Of a stretch of 64,000 bases of DNA, positions 40,817 to 50,900 are shown piece after piece. Within the stretch, counting starts at the first letter, position 1. Every line of letters starts with the position of its first letter. The stretch spans positions 28,830,001 through 28,894,000 of the forward strand of contig OZ287757.1 in NCBI GenBank assembly GCA_965649765.1, read 5' to 3'. The notes below the pieces were generated by a model. That model had not been told where the DNA came from and made no database searches. It saw only the letters and a program-made list of their open reading frames with translations. A program made the position numbers and the translations under genes. This DNA is from Bispira polyomma (Eukaryota).

Positions 40817-43237
40817 TCATACAAACATATTGATGCCTGCTGGGTGTATGGTTGGGAAGGCCCAGATTAAATATAATTCCTGGCGTTTACGCCTTTCAGT
40901 GGAATCTGGTGTGTTATCCATTCCCATCCACTGGAAAATGCTGAACTCCATGTGTTTCACAGAATGATTGTTCTGTGTGAAGTGCCTGGAGACAGCAGTG
41001 GATTTGTTTGTCTGGAAGTTTTGAACACTTCTGCAGTGTTCATACATTCTTTGTCTGAATGGTCTTTTTGTTTCTCCAATATATTGGAGGCCACATTTTG
41101 CACAATTTATAATGTAAATTACATTATTTAGTTCACAAGTAATTTTGTGTTTAAGTGGGAGGTTTAAACATTTGAAGACTTTCTTGGTGTTGTAACTGGT
41201 GATATTTTCCAGTTTTTTAATCCTAGGACAATAGGTACATTTGCCCAATCTTGTGCAGACTGGGATATGTGTTTGGGTTTTGGTTGTGTCCTGTTTTGGT
41301 GGGAATAGGACTTTAGCTGAGGTGAGCTTGTCCTTTAAATTGGGTAGTTTCCTATATCCAATTAGTGGTTTTGACTGGAAGATTTTACTTAGTTCTTCAG
41401 TATTTTGGATTATATTCCAATTGCCATTAATTAGTGGATTAATGTGGGGGTTGAAGGGGTTAAACTGTGTGACCATGACTGGTGTGTCAATGGGTTTTTG
41501 TATGTGCACTGTATTGAGTAGCTCACTTTGTGAGAATTTGTTTGCCCTTTTGTAATGTTTTTTGAGGGAACTAAATGGGTATCCTCTTTTTAAGTAGTAC
41601 CCTGTTAGTTTGTGAGCGTTTTCTTGGAAGTCACTGTCTAACGTACAAATTCTCCTGAGGCGTAAATATTGCCCATAAGGACTTTTATCCAGGACACTTC
41701 TTGGGTGAGCTGAATTAAATGCAAGATACATGTGGGTATCTGTGGGTTTATTGTAGAGAGTTGTGATCAGTTCTCTAGCTGGACTAAACTTGACAGTTGT
41801 GTCAAGAAAGTTAATTTTGTAATGGCTGTATTCATATGTTAATTTAATTGTATCATGTAATGAATTCAGGTACTCAATAAATTTTATGAGTTGTTGTTCC
41901 CCATGTGTCCAGATCATAAATATGTCATCTATGAATCTCTTCCACACTAAGGGTTTTAGTGAGTAACCATTTAGTGCTTTTGTTTCAAATCTGTCCATGA
42001 AAATATTTGCATAGTTAGGTGCAAGGGCTGTGCCCATGGCTGTACCCCCTATCTGGAGGAAGTGATCACCATTAAATTCAAAGTTCATACTGTGTAATAC
42101 CAATTTGAGGAGGTCCAGTATGACGTTTGCTATTGGTGTTTTAGTGGGGTCACCTCTCAGTTTTTCTGCCACTGCCAATAATCCCTCTTGATTGGGGATA
42201 TTGGTATATAAGGATGAGACGTCTAAAGTACATAGGATTGCTCCTTCTGGGATGGCACCTAAGTCTTTAATCTTTTTAATAAAGTCTTGAGTGTCTCTGA
42301 TATAGGATTTTGTGGCTGGTACATATTTTTTGATATGTTCATCGACCAGTTTACTAATTCTGCTAGTGGGGTGATTTACAGAACTACATATGGGTCTACC
42401 TGGGACTCCTTTTTTATGTATTTTGGGGAGTAGGTAGAACCTGCTTTCTGTGCAGTTTTTAGGGCTCAAATGTTCTAGGTTTTTTTCTGATATGAGGCCT
42501 TTGTGTCTCATTTTAATCAGGGTGTTAGTTACTTTCTCACTGACTTCATTTGTGAGGTCATGGTCAAGTTGGGTATAGAAGTTACTATCTCCTAATTGTC
42601 TATAACCTTCTCTGAGGTAATCAGGTGTGTTCATTACTACAACTGCAGAGCCTTTGTCCGCTTTTTTAATAACTATATCTGGGTTATTACTTAATTCTCT
42701 TAGTTCTACAAATTGGCCTTTGGTCAAGTTTGGATTCTTTCTGGCCTTAGTTTTACTTTTAAGTAATCCTAATTTGAAAGCTCTATGGAAAATCTCCAGT
42801 GACTGGTGTGTCCTTGGTGGTTTCCAATTGCTTTTATCAACAAATTGGTTATGAATATCCTTATATGGGTTTTCACATTCATTTAGGTTAGAGGCCAAGA
42901 ATTCAACTAGCTCGTTCTCACTTTGGTCCAAGTGATTTAGGAGGTTGTTGTCTTGAAAGAAGTGGTACTTAAGACAAAGTCTTCTATGGAAGTCTTTGAA
43001 GTCTAACCAAATCTGTGATTTGTTAGGTGGACCAGGTGTGGGGCAAAAAGTTAGGCCTTTTTGTAGTGCAGAGACCTGGTCATCACTCAGGGTCACATCT
43101 GACAGATTAATGACAGTGTGTCCAATGAGGTTGTCCATGGTTCTGCCCTTATGGAGAATACCAGGAGGAGCTGTTTTGGACTCCTCCTTTATATTCCTAA
43201 GAATGTCTTTATAATTTATCCTTTCCATCATAAACAA
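40817..43237 (-). CDS. PLE reverse transcriptase - GIY-YIG endonuclease (806 aa; first ATG at 43231)
   Basis: IKKADKG, LPKIHK, GRPI, LDVSSLYTNIP, GTAMG, RFIDD; Cys linker CTRLGKCTYC (Neptune-like); VIYIINCAKCGLQYIGETKRPFRQRMYEH...VSRHF...RQE. Confidence 0.97.
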   Translation of the reverse strand: MFMMERINYKDILRNIKEESKTAPPGILHKGRTMDNLIGHTVINLSDVTLSDDQVSALQKGLTFCPTPGPPNKSQIWLDFKDFHRRLCLKYHFFQDNNLLNHLDQSENELVEFLASNLNECENPYKDIHNQFVDKSNWKPPRTHQSLEIFHRAFKLGLLKSKTKARKNPNLTKGQFVELRELSNNPDIVIKKADKGSAVVVMNTPDYLREGYRQLGDSNFYTQLDHDLTNEVSEKVTNTLIKMRHKGLISEKNLEHLSPKNCTESRFYLLPKIHKKGVPGRPICSSVNHPTSRISKLVDEHIKKYVPATKSYIRDTQDFIKKIKDLGAIPEGAILCTLDVSSLYTNIPNQEGLLAVAEKLRGDPTKTPIANVILDLLKLVLHSMNFEFNGDHFLQIGGTAMGTALAPNYANIFMDRFETKALNGYSLKPLVWKRFIDDIFMIWTHGEQQLIKFIEYLNSLHDTIKLTYEYSHYKINFLDTTVKFSPARELITTLYNKPTDTHMYLAFNSAHPRSVLDKSPYGQYLRLRRICTLDSDFQENAHKLTGYYLKRGYPFSSLKKHYKRANKFSQSELLNTVHIQKPIDTPVMVTQFNPFNPHINPLINGNWNIIQNTEELSKIFQSKPLIGYRKLPNLKDKLTSAKVLFPPKQDTTKTQTHIPVCTRLGKCTYCPRIKKLENITSYNTKKVFKCLNLPLKHKITCELNNVIYIINCAKCGLQYIGETKRPFRQRMYEHCRSVQNFQTNKSTAVSRHFTQNNHSVKHMEFSIFQWMGMDNTPDSTERRKRQELYLIWAFPTIHPAGINMFV

Positions 43238-43371
43238 TGTGAAATAGGATTAAGTACTGAAGTCAAGAAAGGGGAGCCGGTTGACTCCTCTTTGGTAACT
43301 AGGTAACCATAACGACATAAATAAATTTCTATAATTTTATTTAAATACAATCAATGTAATAGTTAAACATA

Positions 43372-44175
43372 TTATTTATTTTTAATGAGTTTAGTCAATC
43401 CGTTTAGGAGGGATTGTATTTGTTTGTCGTTGTTCTGAGAGTTCCTTTTATTATTTTTAGGAAGCTTGTTGCCCCTTCTTTTGTTGGGTGCTGGCGGGTT
43501 TCTGGGTCTCTTTGATGGAGGGCCAGATAGTCTCTCAGTGTTGTTCTGCTGTCTCATCATTTTTGTGGAGGCAGCTGTCTTGAATCTGTCGTTCAAGGTG
43601 TCTTTGATGTCCTTAAATTGGGTGGCATCAAGGATGGTTTCTAGTTCAGAAAGGACTGTTTGGATCTCTGACTTTACTTCACAGTACTTTTTGTTCAGGT
43701 CCTCAGTTAGCTGTAGTGTTAACACTCTTCTACAAGTGTTAACACTTTCAGTCCACTTAGTTTTGAAGACTTCATCTGTTGAAGTTGATGGTGTACACTT
43801 GAAGTTCACCTGTGCTGGGAACTTTCCACTCTTTAGGTTGTCTTTGATAAGATGGATGTTGGTTGCCAAACTTAATTTCTTTCTGTATAAGTTTTTACTC
43901 TTCAAATACAGTGGTTTAGATTGGGGGGGATATCTGTCTCTGCTGAGGCTATTTCTCTCAGTAGAGGGAGACTCAATCCTCCTTCTTTTCTGACCCTTTG
44001 GTTTATGTTCAGGCTTGGTCAGTTTAATGGACACTTCTTCCAATAGGTTAAGTGTTTCACTGCTCAGCATGGTAGCTGGGATTGGGGTGCCTGTGGCTGG
44101 AGTGTTGAACGCTGTGTTATTGTCCACTTCTAGGTGGTTCAGAGCAGTGCTCAGGGCAGTATCACTCACACTCAT
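43372..44175 (-). CDS. PLE ORF1, 267 aa: basic NLS-like patches and a helical/coiled-coil core
   Basis: Intact ORF between pLTR and RT; KRRR; FPAQVNFKCTP...FKTKWTESVNTCRRVL resembles the N-terminal helical region of Neptune-type PLE proteins; K/N/P-rich tail. Confidence 0.85.
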   Translation of the reverse strand: MSVSDTALSTALNHLEVDNNTAFNTPATGTPIPATMLSSETLNLLEEVSIKLTKPEHKPKGQKRRRIESPSTERNSLSRDRYPPQSKPLYLKSKNLYRKKLSLATNIHLIKDNLKSGKFPAQVNFKCTPSTSTDEVFKTKWTESVNTCRRVLTLQLTEDLNKKYCEVKSEIQTVLSELETILDATQFKDIKDTLNDRFKTAASTKMMRQQNNTERLSGPPSKRPRNPPAPNKRRGNKLPKNNKRNSQNNDKQIQSLLNGLTKLIKNK

Positions 44176-44240
44176 AATGACCCAGTAGATATAGAGATAA
44201 AGTGTTATGTGTGAGAGAGGATTTGTTTCTCCAACAAAAT

Positions 44241-44306
44241 GCCTTATATATATCTTTTATTGTTGATATATATTTCGATAATCTTATGGATAATCTCATC
44301 AGAGGC
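44241..44306 (-). ncRNA. Type I hammerhead ribozyme (PLE copy 2)
   Basis: Same sequence as 25492-25557; predicted cut between 44245 and 44244, ~70 nt upstream of the ORF1 ATG. Confidence 0.88.
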
Positions 44307-44978
44307 TGATAAATGATTATAATTTTTCCTTGAAGTACTATAATTGACTCCGGTTGCCTCCGGTGGATCCAAGGCTTCCTGCGTTTGAGCCATGGGATCC
44401 TCCTTGGAGGTAATGTATTTAGAGGAGTCAGACCATTTTTTGACCATTTGGGATTAATAAGTAGAGTATTATGGTGTATATTCTATCAAAAATAAGCCCA
44501 TGGGAATTGGTCTAATGAACATAATGAAGCAAAGGTGACAATGCGTTCAGGTTGTATATATGTTCACTAGTGGGGAGATTTATGGTTTCCCTGGTATGAA
44601 TATTTATGGGGATTTCATACCGATAAATAGTATTAGGATTAAAAATTTTTGTGTTAATCAATGGGTGACATTGGTTTATGATCACCAAGAGGCCATGTTA
44701 GGTCTCAGAAGATTAGTTAGTGGGTTTTTTTATATGGAAGTAATAGATGTGAAATCGAATTTTTAATAAGATTCCAGCATCGATTACTATCTCATTTTCT
44801 GAAATTGGTATTTTCTAAATACCACAAGGAGGATTACTATTTGTGTAATGCCAGGTGTTGATTATAAATTCTTATTCCCACTAACTAATCTTCTGAGACC
44901 TAACATGGCCTCTTGGTGATCATAAACCAATGTCACCCATTGATTAACACAAAATTTTTTTTTTTTTTTTTAATTTTT

Positions 44979-47900
44979 TCAAGTTCAGCTGTGTACTTTA
45001 GGAGTAATTCACTGATGTATATCTGCAGAAAGTGGGGTGATGTGGGCTGGATTAAAACCAATCACATAGATGCATTGTCACCAGATGCAATTTTGGACCA
45101 ATCGCCTAATCCTGCATGTTTTATAATTTATGAAGCATGCTGGGTGCTGAAAATGGGGACCAAATTTTAATGTTCTTACCAAGCTGAGTGAAGCTTAGAC
45201 ACAGGCATGCTGTGAACCTATCATTAATGAGTTGTCCTCAAACATCCAATCGTTAGACTGATGCAGCCATGGATATTACATGTTGACTTACTAATAAAAC
45301 AGAGCTCCAGTATAGTATCATCAAAATAGACCATCAAACTGGAATGAGTGGCTGTGAACGGCAGTCTTAGAACATTTGTAAATATGGCCCAAAAGTGGTT
45401 GAGTTTGATTTTTATTTATTTGTTTTTCCCCTAATATGGGGAGGGGGGACCATTAGTGTACTTTAACCATAGACTTACACTGGTACAAAAGTCCACGCTG
45501 GTTCCTGGCTCTGGGCCTATTTTGTTGCCACTGGATTTGTGAGTTAACCGCCTTATATAGTTAGCAGGGAACCAACCGACGTTCCTCCTCTGACTTTTAG
45601 TCTCCTACAACGTTAATAAGAAACAAAACAAAAACACAAGACATATAAATATATATGGTAAGTATGATAACATAGAATGAAACGTCAATATTGAAGAGCA
45701 CCACCACATTACAAATTAAAGATAAACTAGAAATTGCTCCAACTCAGTGCAAGCCAACAGAAAGAATTTATTAAAGAAGCAAAAATGAAATGTATGTGTA
45801 TATTATCCGAGGAAGATTATGTAAACGTGTGAAATGTGTGTAGGTTTATAGTCCGATATCACCTCTATTGAAGTCTCAGCCGACTCTACAGTTTACACCC
45901 TCAGCCTGGGTTCTTCTACTTGTCGACCAATTGTTCAGTATCAGCTCCCTCAGGAAGCATACTAGCCGTGCTGCCATATACAACAGACAAAGACTAACAC
46001 CCATTAGCGGCCAGGTATATACCTGGGCAGAGAGGGACAACTATGTGTAAAGCACTTTATCCAACAGTAATCTCTTTAGGCCTACAGAGGATTGAACTGG
46101 GGCTCTGAGATTAATCAGATCCAAAGTCTGACACTCTAACCGCTAGGCCACAGAGAACATTTTATGATTAAATGTTTTTCTGTAAGTCTTATTTTTACCT
46201 TATTTGTGTCTACATCTGTAGCATGTTTTACCCTTGTCTGTTTTTTTGTGTGAATCTGTGGAGAAATAAAATAAACTGGAAATTATATCACAATTATATC
46301 ACAATTTTGATTTGAGCTATTTTCACTTGTACACTGAGACAGTAGAAATTAATCTATATGAATATTTAAATTTGCATTAATCCCCAAAAAATGACGGACA
46401 GTGTAAGTCTATGGTTAAAGTACACTAATGGTTCCCCCCCCTCCCCCACCAACGACACACATTTTTTATTGGTTGGTTACTTTGTGATAAGTTTCAACTC
46501 ACTTTTCCATTTTAACATTTGTCTACTTGTTAGGACTGAACTCTAATCATAAATCTTTCCCTTCTATTGGACTATTCTTTTGCATTCTGATTGGGATGTG
46601 TGCCACAGAGGCTGCCTGGTCATCGATTGTGGCGCTATAGAAGTAACAACATTAACATTTAGTATGGTACAACCTCTATTAGGGGAGCAAAAATTTGTTT
46701 TGATATTAGAAGATTCATATAATAAGAGAGAGGATTTGAATAAAAAGCAATAGGAAAATATATATTTGGGACAGTTGTAGTGAATTTCTACTCTGTCTTT
46801 CTAACTTATTTTAGCATGATTGGAACTTTTTGTGACACTAACTAACAGTGGGATTTTCAATTTACCTTTTTATCTAGCACCTTAGAATTTGATATAATCA
46901 AAAAATTTACATAATATTTAATATTGTACATCAGTTCGAATCTTCGCATATTCTTCTGTAGGATATTCTTTCAGTAATTAGAAAAATCTTAACATTGATT
47001 TAGAATCTGCCACATGATATTGATCCAATTAATTGGAATCTTACATAAATTAGAAAATAGAAGCTTACTTAAAGTAGCACTGAACCCAAAATTAGGAAAT
47101 GTTATATAATTATCTACTGGTCACATTTTGTCAAATAACTAAAATTTTAATCTGCTACAGTGTATTTTACATAAACTATTAGTGCACACATTTCACGTCA
47201 CATTTAAATTATCCATGTGTCGTGTATCCATACAGGAAACAGGACAGGCCAGAACCACCACTCCAGTCAGCTTATTTACCACAAACTCAGCTAGATCTGG
47301 TAAGTAGTTTTTAAAATTTCATATTAAATTAGCATTTTTGTTAACTCTGTTGCAAATTGTTTTAGTTACAGATGTTTTGTAGTGTAGCATGTAGTTATTG
47401 TGCATTGTCACTTTCAACACCTATCACAACGGACAGTTCACTGGTGGAGGAAATCAGAACAGGGTAGTTGGTCAAGGTTTTCTGCTTTGCAAATCACCAT
47501 CCTTCAGCATGCCTACTGCCAACTTTCCCGATACACCCCCCCCCCTACCAAGACCGGGTCTCCATACGATTTTTAACTGAGATTTCAAGACTTTTAAATC
47601 CACTTCATTGCTAGCAATGAATTAGGTTGTCCCTTAGAATCTCAATCCCTTATTTTAAGATGAAAGGTTATGATTAAATGGGGATATATCTTTTGAGTTA
47701 ATAGACAATATAGTCAGAAAAATGTTTGCCCTGGATTGAAATTGACTTGTGAGCATAGATGTGTCACTTCTAAAATGATTAGGTCTATATTGAAGAAGAA
47801 AAAATACAAGTAATAAGGTTAGCCTTGTCTTACTGTGTGCTTATATCTGTACCAGTATATATGTTATTTATTATAACAATTTGATATTATTCTGTGCAAT

Positions 47901-50900
47901 TTCTATGTGCGTTTTGTAAAATTTTTCTTTAAGAACAGATTTTTTATTGCAATCGCAAAAGGAATTACATGTAGTAGAAGTTTTGATGCTATATTTCTAA
48001 TTAAAAATTACCATATTGAGTGGAAGAAATTTTTATGATCCCTTCAGATTCGATTGCATATACAATGTAATTTATAAAGAGGAAACAAATTGCAATTGCA
48101 AATTTACATGGTGCAGAAAAATAATCCTACTTGACGAAACATGGACTACATTATATTTGTTTCCCTTTATGCCCACATATTTACGAGTTAACATACAGTC
48201 AACCCCCTTTAAGTAGAACTCTGATAAGTGGAATTACTCTGTGAAGTAGGAGTTATTTCAAGGTCCCATTTCTATATTTGTAATTAAAATTTACCCTGTG
48301 AAGTAGACATTCTGTTAGTAGAAGAATCTTTTATGGTCACTTCAGGTTCGACTAAATAGGGTTCCACTGCATATAATTACTAAAGAGGAAACAAACCGTA
48401 AATGCAAATCGTAGATGGTACAGTAAAAATCATACTTGAGAAGACATGGACTACATCTATTTTAGTCCCGTTATGCCCACATATTTACAAGTTAAACACA
48501 AATATTTCCCCCTTTTCTGACCACACAGTGGAGCAGGTGGTGGCCAATTGTAACTTTGTGGGAGAACAGGAGGGAGACCTGACCTTTACTAAAGGAAACC
48601 TCATCAACGTCCTCAACAAAGACTGTCCTAACTGGTGGAAGGGAGAACTCATCGGTGCCCAAAGCTTGTTTCCACCCAGCATGGTTTCTGCCTCAGTGTC
48701 ATCGACGTCAGAGTCGGTGATACTGACTGATGCCACTTCTGATTAATACTCTCCCAAGTAAGTCATCTATATGTATGTACAGAATGGAAACCCATTGAAG
48801 TCCAACCTATTCACTATTCACTAAAGGTCTTAGTCTGGAACTTAGTCTTAGATATAAATTGCTTGTTCACTAGCCCAAATTTACAATCAGTTTTTACTTG
48901 GACAACAAAAAAATGTTCTTTCGACTTCGCATAGCGATCAAACCTTTTTTCGGGCTAGATTTGACTTTAGCAGTTGTATCAATATAATGTGCCATGTGAT
49001 GTCAAATTTTCATGCATTTATTTCAGTTTGAGCAATTTATATGTGTGATTTTCACATTTATACCAATCAAAGCATCAGGGTTGTTATAAACAGGCAACCA
49101 TTGTAACAAATACAGAAGAATCTCTATTATCCAAACATGTTGGGAGCTTAAGATTTGGTTTAGATAATAGAAGGTTGATAAAATAGATACACATGTAATA
49201 CATGTAGTTTTAAACAATAGGAAACTATAAATTTGGCAGTATGAAATTGTGTTTAGAAAATTTTATAATTGAGGTTCTACTGTAGTTTTAACTCTTGCTC
49301 AGCTGAGTTCAAAATACATGTATATAACAGTAATTGGTACAGACTGTTGAAAAGAGATCATTTTTTTATGTTAATTTCCTTTATTGTATTCTACCGTAAA
49401 TCCATTTAATCAAATAATATTTCAATAAGAAATCAAGCTACGCAGATGTCATCTGATCACAGGAGGGTCACAATTTTTGGTCATATAAAACACTGTCACC
49501 TGTTTCTTTAGGAAAGTTCATTGTATTTAGACTTGTTGAAAGAAAAGTAAATATACAGTAGAACCTCTATTATCTGAACATGTTTGGAGAGCATGATTAT
49601 GTTTGGTCATAAAATAAAAGAGACATTCCTGTATTAAACAATAGGGAAACAAAATTCATAAAAGTTCATAAAATTGAATATTCGGAAAATAGAAGTTGGG
49701 GTAATAGAGGTTCTACTGTATTCATTTTACTGTCGTTTTTTGTTGTCTCGTGGCAGTGGGCATTTCTTTTATCCCCCAAAAAGGTGTAATAATTAATATT
49801 TTTAACATGACTAATTCTATTATATAATCTATTGAATTATAAATTATTTCCAGCAAATTTATTAAAAAATTATAAAATAGTGAAAATTTCTTCCAGCTAA
49901 AATATGCACTTTTAATGTATTGTATTATTTGATAATAACATTTATTGTGCTCTTGTTTAAGAATATGAGTAAAATTAATCCTACTGACTCATTTAATGTA
50001 TACATATATATATATATATGTCGTGACAGAAACTCCAATCTGACAAGATTTGAAATTCTGTCGACAGAAACTCCAATCCTAGTTTATTCTTCACCATGTG
50101 CATGTTTAATCATGATTTGAATTTCTGTCGACAGAATTTCAAATACTGTCAATAATTTTGACAGAAGTTCCAGTTGGAGTTTCTGTCAACAGAATTTCAA
50201 ATCCTGTCAACAAGATTTGAAATTCTGTCGACAGAAATGCAAACATTATTAATAAAATTTAAACTTTGTAAAATACATCAAGGAATAAAAACATGTTTAT
50301 TAAGATCAAGGTTATTATAATGAACATTTAACAAAATTTAATACATAATACATGGTAAAAGATATAAACCAAAATTAATAATGTCAATAATGTAAATTTT
50401 TTAGTTTGCTTTACTTTACTTGTATGTATATCTAAGAGGTTATAAAAGTCTGCATTAAAATTCTGTTTTCTGATCCATATTCACACAACTTTGAATGATA
50501 CATTTCAGCTTCCAAAGCATTAAAAAAGGGTCATTCTGTTATGTAAATTGCAAAAACTCAATTATGGCCATTTTAAGGTACTACTGTAATACTCTGGAAT
50601 GCATAAATAACCTTTGATCAACTTCAAAAAAGAAAACTGTTATTCATATTTCGCGAACTTATTATTTTTTTACCCTTTACTATGTCTTTTTTTAAAAGCA
50701 AGGAATGTCATACCATAAGTTGTTTAACTTCAGTGATTTGTATAATATTATCCTGGATAAATAAATATTATTATTATTATTACTAATTTATTTTAATGTT
50801 ACTGAAGATTTGAATTTCTGTCAGAGATTCCAATTGGGATTTATGTTAAATATATCTGACAAGATTTGAAATTCTGTTGACAGAGATTGCAATTGGAGTT

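Larger units (their letters stand above)
40769..44978 (-). mobile_element. Penelope-like element copy 2 (Neptune-type) with intact ORF1 and RT-EN, upstream pLTR and short 5' inversion
   Basis: pLTR 44190-44875; 44877-44954 is an inverted copy of 44647-44724, followed by a T-run joined to the right arm; 3' end lies ~48 nt past the RT stop. Confidence 0.95.

Noticed and set aside
40817-43237. Selenoprotein/SECIS-type (Naiad-like) PLE
   Set aside because: The endonuclease is C-terminal and there are no in-frame TGA codons.
43466-43993. 175-aa antisense ORF over PLE ORF1
   Set aside because: Hydrophobic shadow ORF expected opposite an A-rich coding strand; no independent support.
43245-44170. 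Splice fusing PLE ORF1 to RT (GTGAGT near ORF1 codon 3, TTCAG acceptor near 43257)
   Set aside because: The join is out of frame with RT, and an in-frame TAA lies between the acceptor and the RT start.
44244-44766. Small ORFs in the pLTR (67 aa minus, 68 aa plus; copies at 25495-26017)
   Set aside because: No recognisable domain; their recurrence is explained by the recent duplication, and one overlaps the ribozyme.
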